NCBI GenBank assembly: GCA_964613215.1
Contig: CAZTHK010000026.1
Coordinates: 1-47,934 of the forward strand
From: an uncultured bacterium
GTDB taxonomy: Bacteria > Krumholzibacteriota > Krumholzibacteriia > Krumholzibacteriales > CAZTHK01
DNA length: 47,934 nt
Direction: 5' to 3'
Shown here: one piece after another, positions 18,848-28,229 of the stretch
Numbering within the stretch: the stretch's first letter is position 1
Layout: each line of letters opens with the position of its first letter
Notes under the pieces: generated by a model
What the model saw: the letters and a program-made list of their open reading frames with translations, nothing else
What the model was told of the DNA's origin: nothing
Databases searched by the model: none
Program-made: the position numbers and the translations under genes

Positions 18848-19729
18848 GTGGAAGGATATCTGGAAGTGGTAAAGGCATGGCTGCTCACCAGCGGCATCCA
18901 GATTGTGGTCATCCTGGTGGGAGCATTTATAGTAATCAGGGTTCTGAGAATACTTATCAATAAATACAGGGAAAAAATGACCTCCGCTGAAAAAATATCG
19001 GCAGAACGTTCAAAGCGGCTGGAGACCCTTTCCGGTATAATCGAGACCACTATAACGGTGGTAGTACTGATCGCGGCTCTGTTGATGGTGTTGAAGGAGG
19101 CGGGCATAGAAATAGCCCCCCTGCTGGCCGGCGCCGGGATAGTAGGCCTGGCGGTAGGCTTCGGAGCACAGAGCCTGGTCAAGGATGTAATCAGCGGCTT
19201 TTTCATCCTGCTGGAGAACCACATGAATGTGGGTGATGTGGTCCGGATAGCAGGGGAGGCCGGGCTGGTGGAATCGATAAACCTGAGAATAACCACCCTG
19301 CGAGACCTGGAGGGGAAGGTTCATGTCATCCCCAACGGCGAGATCAAGGTGGTAACCAATTTTACCAGGGAATGGTCCCGGGCCCTCCTGGAGATCGGAG
19401 TGGCCTATAAGGAGGATGTGGACAGGGTGATAGAGGTGCTCAAGGAGGTGGGGGAGGAATTACGCCAGGATGAGAAATTCGCCCCCCTGATACTGGAACC
19501 CATGGAAATACTGGGGCTGGACAGTTTCGGAAACTCCTCTGTGAATATCAAGTTAATGTTCAAAACACAACCCATCAAGCAGTGGGCGGTGGCCCGGGAA
19601 TACCGCAGGCGGGTCAAGAAGGCCTTCGACCGGGAAAATATCGAGATCCCCTTCCCCCACGTCACCCTCTACATGGGAGAGGGAGAGAATGAAGGGGCAC
19701 TCAAGGTGGATACCAAATCTTCTCAGTAG
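18848..19729 (+). CDS. mscS: Small-conductance mechanosensitive channel (MscS family)
   Basis: Three N-terminal TM helices and an MscS beta-domain. GTG at 18848 preceded by GAGGGGG is the preferred start. The ORF track starts at a TTG at 18827. Confidence 0.8.
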   Translation: MEGYLEVVKAWLLTSGIQIVVILVGAFIVIRVLRILINKYREKMTSAEKISAERSKRLETLSGIIETTITVVVLIAALLMVLKEAGIEIAPLLAGAGIVGLAVGFGAQSLVKDVISGFFILLENHMNVGDVVRIAGEAGLVESINLRITTLRDLEGKVHVIPNGEIKVVTNFTREWSRALLEIGVAYKEDVDRVIEVLKEVGEELRQDEKFAPLILEPMEILGLDSFGNSSVNIKLMFKTQPIKQWAVAREYRRRVKKAFDRENIEIPFPHVTLYMGEGENEGALKVDTKSSQ

Positions 19730-20408
19730 CCACAACTCCGATTGGAATATCCAGGGGGGAATACAGCTGGAAGTGTAAGCCAAACAACCAGACTGCATTC
19801 CATAATAAGGAAAAAGTAACATCGGGCATTCAAACCGGGATTCCACTCTTATTTAATTAACCTAAATCCGTCAAGATGATCCTCCCCTGACCAGAGATAC
19901 AGGGCGTAGATCCGGCGGCGTACATGCACCATGCTGCAGTTCATCCCACCACAGCCGGTGGTAAAAGTGGAAAACCATGCATCCCCGCTTCCGTGATTCA
20001 AGATTCCAGGCATAATTAGAGCGGTGGCTTCACTGACACCCTCTTGTTTTCATCGGAAAACAGCTTATTTCTCCGAAAAAATCGCTCTGATGGCAGAATA
20101 AGCCGGGTGTATCCATTTGGAGCTATTTGCCGGAGGGGGGGAACTTTTTTCGCCCCCTCCCCGCCAGAAGATAAATCATCTCACTTCCCCACAGCCCCTT
20201 ATATCTCCAAGTTATTCTCTTGAAATAAATTAACAGAGATATATCTGTGCACCTGCAACTCCTGTGGTGGCAACCATCTTGCTCAACCGGACATGAAACC
20301 GGATATCAACTTATAATAATTGGTCCGTCATCGATGGTGTCCGGCCGGCGAGCAAATATCCACCGGTACAGCCGGAACACCCGGACCACAAGGAGACCGA
20401 AAGGAACG

Positions 20409-21899
20409 ATGCCACCCCAACCGGAGAAGAAACATTCACTGAAAAAACAGACCGCCTTCCTGTTTGCCGGCAAACTGGTAGCGGTAGTCCTCAGGTTTAT
20501 GGTCCCCCTGCTCCTGGTAAGGATGATGTCCCGGCAGGAGTTCGGTCTTTACAAGCAGGCCCTGCTGTTGTGCTTCTTTTTTGTTCCCATACTGCAGTTC
20601 GGGATAACCGACAGCATTCTCTACTTCTACCCCGATAATGAAAAGAAGAAGGAACTGATCTCCCAGACAGTATATCTGTTTCTGCTTATCGGAATGGCAT
20701 TCCTTGCCGCCTTTTACCTCTTCCACCAGAAGCTGCTGCTTCTGTTCAGGGGAGCGGGGCTGGAGGGAGTGGTACAACCGGCAAGCATATTCATATTCTT
20801 CTACTTCATCACCATGTTCTTCGAAAAGGTCCTGATACTGGAGAAGAAGAACAGGGAACTGTTTGCCTATGTGATAGCGGACAGATTTACCTATGTGGCC
20901 TTTATACTCCTGGCAGCCCTGATTTACGGAACTGTTGAAAAAATTCTCTGGTCCCTGGCCCTCTACTCGTTGATCAAGTTCACGGTGGTGCTGTTCTACC
21001 TTAGAATCAAATACAGCTTCCCGGTAAGCATAAAAAAAATATCATGGAACCGGCTCAGGGAACAGCTGGTATTTTCAGTATTTCAGGGAGGCGGCAAGAT
21101 AGTGGGAGAGATAGGGAGAAAGATTGACAAGTTCTATCTTTCCTATTTTCTCAATCCGGCCAGCTTTGCCATCTACAGTGTGGGAAATTTCAGCGTGCCG
21201 GTGATAAACATCATGTGCACCTCGGTAGCCACCACGGCACTGCCCCGGATAAGCCTGCACTATAAAAACAGGAGATACCGGGAAGCGAAAGAGCTGTGGC
21301 ACAGGATAATCACCTACTACAGCCTGGTGACCATCCCCCTGGTAGCCTACTGCTGGGTGATGTCGGAAGAGATAATAACCTTCCTGTTCACCGAAAAGTA
21401 CGCCGACAGTGCAGCCATATTCCAGCTGCTGCTGCTGGTATACCTGACCAAGACATTGAGCCGCGGCACAATAGTAAGAGCTAGCAATAACACCAGATAC
21501 GCATTTCAAGGGAATGTGCTGTCGCTGCTGTGGGGTGTGGCCGCAGGATATTTTCTGATCAGATGGCGGGGTACCGCAGGAGCAGCCCTCTCTGTTGTTA
21601 TATCGCATTACATAAATGCGATATATCAGGTTTACAAATCAAAGGGAATACTGGAGCTGTCCTGGCGGGAATGGCTTCCCTGGAAACAGATGGGTGCCAT
21701 AATGATAATCTCTGTTTCAATGCTGGCGGTTATTCCTTTATTCAAGGGAACCATTTCAACACCGGTTTTACTTATCACAGCCAGCGGACTGGTCTATTCC
21801 GCCCTGGTGCTGGCGGGATATCATTTCGCCGGCTTTGTAAATGTAAGCACTCTCAATGGCAAGCTGAAAGAGAGTTTCGTATTCAACAAACAGTTGTGA
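20409..21899 (+). CDS. Wzx-like polysaccharide/oligosaccharide flippase (MOP superfamily)
   Basis: About 12-14 predicted TM helices and a polysaccharide-biosynthesis-protein signature. The start is taken at the ATG at 20409 with AAAGGA RBS. The upstream 54 codons of the ORF are non-membrane and lack an RBS. Confidence 0.75.
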   Translation: MPPQPEKKHSLKKQTAFLFAGKLVAVVLRFMVPLLLVRMMSRQEFGLYKQALLLCFFFVPILQFGITDSILYFYPDNEKKKELISQTVYLFLLIGMAFLAAFYLFHQKLLLLFRGAGLEGVVQPASIFIFFYFITMFFEKVLILEKKNRELFAYVIADRFTYVAFILLAALIYGTVEKILWSLALYSLIKFTVVLFYLRIKYSFPVSIKKISWNRLREQLVFSVFQGGGKIVGEIGRKIDKFYLSYFLNPASFAIYSVGNFSVPVINIMCTSVATTALPRISLHYKNRRYREAKELWHRIITYYSLVTIPLVAYCWVMSEEIITFLFTEKYADSAAIFQLLLLVYLTKTLSRGTIVRASNNTRYAFQGNVLSLLWGVAAGYFLIRWRGTAGAALSVVISHYINAIYQVYKSKGILELSWREWLPWKQMGAIMIISVSMLAVIPLFKGTISTPVLLITASGLVYSALVLAGYHFAGFVNVSTLNGKLKESFVFNKQL

Positions 21900-21907
21900 G
21901 GGAAAAA

Positions 21908-22777
21908 GTGATCTATCTGGTTCTTGGCATGCATAAATCGGGTACCACCCTGGTATCGCAGATACTGCACAATTCGGGTATCAATATGGGGGATTTCGAC
22001 CAGGAGATATCCTACGACAGGGGGAATACCCTGGAAAGGTTCGAATTCCTGATATATAACACAGCCATAATGAATATCCGCATCCTGGATGCGGGCGTGA
22101 AACAGTACCGCAGGGTAACCACTTTGGAGGGGTTTACCCTCCCCCGCCTGATAAGAAATGTACTGACCCGGGCGGTAGAGAGGCTGGACCGGAAATTCCC
22201 GGAGTGGGGATGCAAGGACCCCCGTATGTGCCTGACCTACCAGGTCTGGAGGGAGATCCTCCCCCTCCACAGGATCATATCGGTAGTGCGCGACCCATTC
22301 GAGGTGGCTGACCGGTACTGCAAGTATGTCAACCGCTTCAGGATACTGAAGAGGCTGGTAACCCGTCTCAGGGTGATCAGTTCATGGTACCTTCACAACA
22401 GTGCTATCCTGGAAATCGTCCGGGACAATGGTCCTGACTGTACGGTGGTGGACTACAACAGGCTGATGAGTGAAGAAGGGGATAAGGAATTCAGAAAGAT
22501 GGAAAAACTTTGCGGCAGGAAACTGACGGATACCAGGGACAGATCCCTCTACCGGAACAGGAAGGGAGACCACACCAGCCTGCTGGACAGGATAATAGAG
22601 ATCTGTTTCAAATATGTACTCAACCGGGACCTCTGCGGCTTGAGGGAGAAATTACTGGATAGCTCATCCCGCATATCAGGCGATGGTGACACCTCCACCG
22701 GAACAGCAAACGAACCTGGAGGGAAGGAAGAAAAACACGGAGGAGTGAAGCTACCGGAACATACCACCGTGGAATAA
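21908..22777 (+). CDS. Sulfotransferase family protein (PAPS-dependent)
   Basis: 5-prime PSB motif VIYLVLGMHKSGTTL. The 5-prime part of ORF 21530 overlaps the flippase and is discarded. GTG start at 21908 (GAGGG RBS), 8 nt after the flippase stop. The alternative start is the ATG at 21929. Confidence 0.7.
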   Translation: MIYLVLGMHKSGTTLVSQILHNSGINMGDFDQEISYDRGNTLERFEFLIYNTAIMNIRILDAGVKQYRRVTTLEGFTLPRLIRNVLTRAVERLDRKFPEWGCKDPRMCLTYQVWREILPLHRIISVVRDPFEVADRYCKYVNRFRILKRLVTRLRVISSWYLHNSAILEIVRDNGPDCTVVDYNRLMSEEGDKEFRKMEKLCGRKLTDTRDRSLYRNRKGDHTSLLDRIIEICFKYVLNRDLCGLREKLLDSSSRISGDGDTSTGTANEPGGKEEKHGGVKLPEHTTVE

Positions 22778-22802
22778 TAATTCTATAGATGGGAATCAAA
22801 GC

Positions 22803-24404
22803 ATGAAATCCACATTCACATATGAAGAAAAAGACTGCAAACAGCAGATTCACGGGAACCGCCCTTCGCCAGTGCATCTGTGGCAATATCCGGCATACCG
22901 GGACCCCCGGGGGGTGTGGCATTCTGAATTCTCCGGAGCGATTAAGAGCAGTAAGGGCCGGATGAGATGGAATCCGGGGGGGATACTCTCATCCATCGCC
23001 TTCAGCTATCCCTGCGGTGACATCACCCTGGTGGAGGGGATCCGAAGGAGTCCCTGGCTATCCGGGATAGACCAGGAGGACGAGGTTGAACTGTCCTCCA
23101 TACCCCCACATGGAAGAACCTGGATGAAACCCCGGGACATTGCCGCCAGGCTGCTGGAACTGCTGGAAGAGGAAGCCCGGGCAGCCTGCCGTTCTCATTC
23201 CGAGATATACATACTCCTATCCGGAGGCCTGGACAGCAGGATCGTGGCAGGTGTTGTGAGCAGGTTAAAGAGGGAGGGGAAGATAGAGGGAGATCTCTAT
23301 GCGGCCACCTGGGGACTGGAAGACTCCAGGGATGTGGTATATGCCCGGGAAATTGCCGGCATGCTGGGACTGGAATGGTGCCATATTCCCATAGGGCCGG
23401 AAACCATTATGGACAACATAGATTTATCCGCCTCCACCGGCAATATGCTTCCCCCCTCCGACCTTCACTGCCTCTCCTGGTTTTCCAGGGTGCCACCCGG
23501 TTCCCTGGTTCTGGCGGGCAGCTACGGGGATTCCATAGGCCGGGGGGAGTACAGCGGACAGCACATTCTGGAGCTGGAACCGCTCATGCCCCGGAACCTG
23601 CTGGAGCTTCTCAAGCCGCCTCCCTTCAACCGGGGAGCGGAAATAATACAGGGGGAGCTGGACAACCTGATGGAGAGATGTGAGGATAAAACCCCGTATG
23701 TGCTGTATGAGCATCAGCAGCAGGGCCACTATATGCGGAGCATGATTGCCCAGGCCATCAGCGTTTTGCTTCCCCGTTGTGACGTCTACCAGATGTTCAC
23801 TGCTCCCCCGGTATATTCATTCATGTGGTCGATCCACCCCTCCATAAGAGACAACCGGACCTATGCTCATCTGCTGGAGCTTATCCACCCCCACCTGGCA
23901 CGGCTCCCCTGGGCCAGGACCAACCGGGCGCTGAGGGGTAGGACAGAGAGAGCCAGAAGAGATGTGAGAAAGCAATTTCACTGCTATGCCGAATGGATAA
24001 GCGGGCCATTGTACCACCGGATCAAAGAGATAGTGGATCCGGGCTGGTTTGAACAGACCGGTATATTCCGGGGCCACAGCATAGAGAAACTTACCCGCAG
24101 CCTGAAACCGGATCAGCAGAGCCTGATGGGAGAAAGTTTCAAACCTTACCGCCTGTGGCTATGGCTGGCCGGCATTCGTAAATTCCATCAGTGGTGCGGG
24201 GAGTATGGTGTAAACCTGGAGTATGATCCCGATTCGCCGGAGAACCGCCATCTTCCCCCCTATCACCCTCCCCGGGATAACAGAACGTCATTAAGGAAAT
24301 TCATCGCCCGGTGGAGAACTGCCAGAACGATCAAGAGAAAGCTCAAGCGGATCATCCTGAAATGGAGAGCAATCAGGGATTATCCTCCTGAACCGGGCAG
24401 ATAG
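22803..24404 (+). CDS. Asparagine synthetase B-like ATP-pyrophosphatase lacking the N-terminal glutaminase domain
   Basis: PP-loop ILLSGGLDS about 140 aa from the N-terminus and an AsnB synthetase-domain C-terminus. No MCGI Ntn nucleophile. Confidence 0.7.
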   Translation: MKSTFTYEEKDCKQQIHGNRPSPVHLWQYPAYRDPRGVWHSEFSGAIKSSKGRMRWNPGGILSSIAFSYPCGDITLVEGIRRSPWLSGIDQEDEVELSSIPPHGRTWMKPRDIAARLLELLEEEARAACRSHSEIYILLSGGLDSRIVAGVVSRLKREGKIEGDLYAATWGLEDSRDVVYAREIAGMLGLEWCHIPIGPETIMDNIDLSASTGNMLPPSDLHCLSWFSRVPPGSLVLAGSYGDSIGRGEYSGQHILELEPLMPRNLLELLKPPPFNRGAEIIQGELDNLMERCEDKTPYVLYEHQQQGHYMRSMIAQAISVLLPRCDVYQMFTAPPVYSFMWSIHPSIRDNRTYAHLLELIHPHLARLPWARTNRALRGRTERARRDVRKQFHCYAEWISGPLYHRIKEIVDPGWFEQTGIFRGHSIEKLTRSLKPDQQSLMGESFKPYRLWLWLAGIRKFHQWCGEYGVNLEYDPDSPENRHLPPYHPPRDNRTSLRKFIARWRTARTIKRKLKRIILKWRAIRDYPPEPGR

Positions 24405-24465
24405 CGGAAAATGTACCTGTGGATGATAAAACAAAAGTCCCACCCGGGGGAAAAAACTAAAGTCA

Positions 24466-24486
24466 CAGTTTCAGTCTCCGAAACTG
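24466..24486. promoter_or_regulatory. Inverted repeat CAGTTTCAG-N-GAAACTG between the asnB-like and asnB genes; a third copy of the GTTTCAG ... GAAAC motif
   Basis: 7-bp stem and 7-nt loop in the 171-bp spacer upstream of asnB. Confidence 0.35.
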
Positions 24487-24575
24487 AGGAAAACGAACCT
24501 GAAAGATAAAAGGGAACCCGGATAATCCAGAACCATATGAGGAGTTGCGGGTTCCGGTCGAAAAGGGAAACAGAT

Positions 24576-26576
24576 ATGTGCGGAATCGCAGGAATACTGC
24601 ACTTTAATTCGGAAAGAAGTGTGAACGGCAGGCTGCTGGATGATATGACAGATATTCTCCGTCACCGGGGCCCTGACGGCCGGGGGACCTTCACCGATGG
24701 TAATATCGGCCTGGGACACAGGAGGCTGGCCATCATCGATCTCCACACCGGGCAGCAACCCATGGCCAGCGGCGACCGGAAGATATGGATAGTGGTCAAC
24801 GGAGAAATCTACAACTACCTTGATCTTAAAGCGATACTTTCCAGCAAGGGGCACCGCTTCCAGACCGGATCGGACAGCGAAGTGATCATCCACGCCTACC
24901 GGGAATGGGGAACCGATTGTGTGAAAAAATTTAACGGAATGTTCGCCTTCGCCCTGTGGGACTGCAGCCGTAAACGCCTCATACTGGCCAGGGACAGGCT
25001 GGGGATCAAGCCGCTCTACACCACCGTGGTGGACGGAACCCTCCTGTTCGCCTCCGAGATCAAATCATTACTGACCTGCCCCGGAGTGGAGAGGAGGGTG
25101 GATCCCGAAGCCATATCAAGCTATCTGGGCTACCGTCATGTGCTGGGTGAGGGCACCCTGTTCAGGGGAATAAACAAGCTCAAGCCGGGCCACCTGCTGA
25201 TCTCTGAGAATGGCTATCTCTCCAGTGTTCAGTACTGGGATGTGCCGGTCTATACTGAAAGGGAAGACCGGGGAGAGGAGTACTACACCAGCCGGGTGCG
25301 GGAGATGCTGAAGGAATCGGTCAAGCGCAGGATGATGAGCAATGTGCCACTGGGAGCTTATCTGAGCGGGGGACTGGACAGCTCCATCGTGGTAGCACTA
25401 CTTTCGGAGATGAGTGATGATCCGGTAAAGACCTATACCGTGGCATTCCCCCAGGAGGATTTCAGCGAAAGGCGCTACGCCTCCATGGTTGCCTCCGGAT
25501 GCGAAACCGACCACACCGAGGTCATGATAGACGACAGCAGCTACATGGATATGATACCCCGGCTGATCAGGTTCAAGGATGCTCCTCTGGCGGTGGCCAA
25601 TGAAGTGCCGCTCCATCTGATGTCCAGGGAATTGAAGAAGGATATAACGGTGGTGCTGTCGGGGGAGGGAGCGGATGAACTGTTCGGGGGATACGGAAGG
25701 ATATTCCGAAGCCCCTTCGACTACCAGAGATCACGGTTTCTGGAGAATCACCGCCACCTGCTTCCGGAGTACCGGAATATACTGATGGATAAATTCTCCG
25801 ACATTTACGGAAGCTCGGTCTTTCTCAATGAGACAGATCATTTCATGAGAAAATATCATTATCTCAGTCCCCTGGACAGGGAGACCTTCCTGACTCCCGG
25901 CATGCTGGATCAGACTGAGGGGGACAGCTACATCAGGGAACACTTCGAGAAGCAATTCAGGGAGGCGGAGGGACTATCTCACTACCACAAGATTCTATAT
26001 ATCTTTCAGAAGACCCACCTCCAGAATCTCCTGATGCGGGTGGATATGACCACCATGGCCACGTCTGTGGAGGCCCGGGTCCCCTTTGTGGACCATCAGC
26101 TGGTCGAATTCGTGCTGTCCATACCTTTTCACTACAAGGTAAGGTGGAAGAGTGAAATGCACCGGCAGATGGCCGCCCTGCTGTCCAGCGACGAACTGAG
26201 CGAAAATTATGACACCACCAAGTACATCCTCAAGAGGGCCTTCCGGGATGACCTTCCCCGTCAGATTATCGACCGCAGGAAGATGGGATTTCCGGTGCCT
26301 CTTAACAGATGGCTGGGGGGCAATTATATGTCCCGGGCAAAGGAGATCCTGCTGGACCGCCGCACCGCCTCCCGGGGGATAATCGATGTTTCCGCAGTGG
26401 AGAAAGAGCTTGCCAGTCAGAGGATTAAGGAGCATTCCACCGCTCTGAAGATGTGGATGCTGATGAACCTGGAGATCTGGTTCAGGGAATACATTGACCA
26501 ATGGGAAGGAGGAAAGGTTCCGGAAGAGGAAACAAGCTCGAAGGAAGCTCCCACTCACCGGACCGTACAGATATGA
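24576..26576 (+). CDS. asnB: Asparagine synthetase (glutamine-hydrolysing) family amidotransferase, full length
   Basis: MCGIAGI Ntn class-II glutaminase start, PP-loop YLSGGLDSS. The start is the ATG at 24576. Stop overlaps the next start (ATGA). Confidence 0.85.
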   Translation: MCGIAGILHFNSERSVNGRLLDDMTDILRHRGPDGRGTFTDGNIGLGHRRLAIIDLHTGQQPMASGDRKIWIVVNGEIYNYLDLKAILSSKGHRFQTGSDSEVIIHAYREWGTDCVKKFNGMFAFALWDCSRKRLILARDRLGIKPLYTTVVDGTLLFASEIKSLLTCPGVERRVDPEAISSYLGYRHVLGEGTLFRGINKLKPGHLLISENGYLSSVQYWDVPVYTEREDRGEEYYTSRVREMLKESVKRRMMSNVPLGAYLSGGLDSSIVVALLSEMSDDPVKTYTVAFPQEDFSERRYASMVASGCETDHTEVMIDDSSYMDMIPRLIRFKDAPLAVANEVPLHLMSRELKKDITVVLSGEGADELFGGYGRIFRSPFDYQRSRFLENHRHLLPEYRNILMDKFSDIYGSSVFLNETDHFMRKYHYLSPLDRETFLTPGMLDQTEGDSYIREHFEKQFREAEGLSHYHKILYIFQKTHLQNLLMRVDMTTMATSVEARVPFVDHQLVEFVLSIPFHYKVRWKSEMHRQMAALLSSDELSENYDTTKYILKRAFRDDLPRQIIDRRKMGFPVPLNRWLGGNYMSRAKEILLDRRTASRGIIDVSAVEKELASQRIKEHSTALKMWMLMNLEIWFREYIDQWEGGKVPEEETSSKEAPTHRTVQI

Positions 26577-27316
26577 GAGTTATAATTCTTGCCGCCGGCC
26601 AGGGCAAACGCCTCTATCCCCTGACCAAGAACTGCCCCAAGAGCCTTCTGGAGATAGGAGGAGGGAGAAGTGTACTGGAGAGCCAGCTGAAGTGTGTAAG
26701 GGAAACAGGCCTGAAGGATGTCACCATAGTCACCGGCTACAAGACCGAACAGATAGAGGCCAAGATCAAGGATATCGAGGATATAGACATCTCCATATGC
26801 TATAACCCCTTCTTTGCTACCAGCAATAACCTGATCTCCGCCTGGCTGGCAGTGAGGGAGACCGGAGAAAACTTCGTGCTGGTAAACGGGGATGATGTGT
26901 TCAAGCCTCATGTGCTGCAGGGGCTGCTTGATTCCGGCCACCCCATAACCATGGTGATAGACAGAAAGGAAAGCTACGATACCGACGACATGAAGGTGGT
27001 AACCAGGGATGATCACATCATCAAGGTCAGCAAGGAGATTCCCCCGGAAGAGGCCAATGGCGAATCCATAGGTATGATGCTGTTCAGGGGCAAGGGCAGA
27101 TCCATTATAGGGGAGACCCTTGAATCCATGGTAAGGGATGAAGAGAGCAAACAGATATTCTATCTGGCCGCTCTGCAGAAGATAATGGATATGGGATATC
27201 CGGTGAGATATTTCGAGTGTGCACCGGAGGACTGGGCGGAGATAGATTTTCACTCCGACCTCTCCTTCATCCGGGAACACATCAACAGGTATGCCGCCGA
27301 CATTGTCAAGATATGA
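26573..27316 (+). CDS. Sugar-phosphate / phospho-alcohol nucleotidyltransferase (LicC / MobA-like NTP_transferase family, probably a cytidylyltransferase)
   Basis: MRVIILAAGQGKRLYPLT nucleotide-binding start. ATGA overlaps at both ends. Confidence 0.8.
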   Translation: MRVIILAAGQGKRLYPLTKNCPKSLLEIGGGRSVLESQLKCVRETGLKDVTIVTGYKTEQIEAKIKDIEDIDISICYNPFFATSNNLISAWLAVRETGENFVLVNGDDVFKPHVLQGLLDSGHPITMVIDRKESYDTDDMKVVTRDDHIIKVSKEIPPEEANGESIGMMLFRGKGRSIIGETLESMVRDEESKQIFYLAALQKIMDMGYPVRYFECAPEDWAEIDFHSDLSFIREHINRYAADIVKI

Positions 27317-28089
27317 GGGCTGATATGGAATCCACAGCTGAACTGAAAAGGATCTGCAGGAGGGAAAACTACCGGGATAACCTCAAGACCATGTTCTTTG
27401 CAGCCAGGGTGTCCATCTATTTTACCCGGCTGCTTCTGATGCTGAATCTTACCGCCAACCAGGTGACCGTGATGTTCATATTCGCCGGGATAGCTTCAGC
27501 CATCTCTTTTCTGGGTCAGGGGCTGTGGTGGTTCGCCGCCGGTTATCTGCTGCAACGTATGCATGTAATACTGGATGTTTGCGACGGGGAGGTTGCCCGT
27601 TACCGCCAGACCTTCAGCCCGGTTGGGGGTTATCTGGACTTTCTCACCCACTACTTCGTCTATGCCCTTATCCTGTTCTTCATCTCCCTGAGGCTGTATC
27701 TGGACACCGGATGGTTCCCCGCCCTGATAGCGGGATTCGTTCTGGTTATCTCAAATACCATGATTCGGGCCGCCACCGACTGCTGGTTCAGAGCCAACTT
27801 CAATAGCAGCGGGCGGGATGAGATAGAGGAGGGAAGAAATCAAGAGAAAAGAAGCTCTCTCCCCGGCTGGCTGAAGAAGGTTATACTTCTGGCCGCCCAT
27901 ACCACCAGCATCCAGACATTTTTGAACGCTTATCTGATAGCAGTGATAATGGCGGAATATTCTGAACTGGATATCAGGATGTATATCCTGACCGGATATG
28001 CCGTTATTCTATTCCTGTTTTCCATAGTAAGGATAGCTTTTACAATAAAGAGAGGTAAAATCCCGAGGAGAGCGACCTATTACAAGTGA
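27313..28089 (+). CDS. CDP-alcohol phosphatidyltransferase family protein
   Basis: DVCDGEVARYRQTFSPVGGYLD matches D-x2-DG-x2-AR ... G-x3-D. Multiple TM helices. ATGA overlap with the upstream nucleotidyltransferase. Confidence 0.75.
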   Translation: MRADMESTAELKRICRRENYRDNLKTMFFAARVSIYFTRLLLMLNLTANQVTVMFIFAGIASAISFLGQGLWWFAAGYLLQRMHVILDVCDGEVARYRQTFSPVGGYLDFLTHYFVYALILFFISLRLYLDTGWFPALIAGFVLVISNTMIRAATDCWFRANFNSSGRDEIEEGRNQEKRSSLPGWLKKVILLAAHTTSIQTFLNAYLIAVIMAEYSELDIRMYILTGYAVILFLFSIVRIAFTIKRGKIPRRATYYK

Positions 28090-28229
28090 ACAGATCAAAA
28101 CCGGAGGAGAAGCAGCCAGCCCGCCGTACTTCCACTGAATAAGAACTCTCTCCGGCAGCGGAAAAGCAACTGCAGAAAACAATAAATGAGGGAAGCCGTA
28201 CTTATGATTATAAACAGGAATTCCGGATA

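Noticed and set aside
20140-20172. Hairpin GGAGGGGG-N12-CCCCCTCC in the long leader upstream of the flippase
   Set aside because: The T-run is in the loop, not after the stem, and no gene ends nearby. Cannot be assigned as a terminator or other element from sequence alone.
21530-21907. N-terminal 126 codons of the ORF-track sulfotransferase ORF
   Set aside because: They overlap the 3-prime end of the flippase gene in another frame. Sulfotransferase homology (KSGTT strand) begins only after the flippase stop, and a GTG with RBS is present there.
22803-26576. A lasso-peptide cluster, suggested by the glutaminase-less AsnB homolog (lasso cyclase-like) and the nearby sulfotransferase
   Set aside because: No B-protein (transglutaminase-like protease or PqqD-like RRE) is present. 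No plausible precursor was found: the only small ORF in the 171-bp spacer (about 24411-24509, 32 aa) lacks a Thr-x-Gly leader end or a ring-forming Asp/Glu at core position 7-9, and it contains the hairpin. The context is clearly glycan biosynthesis.
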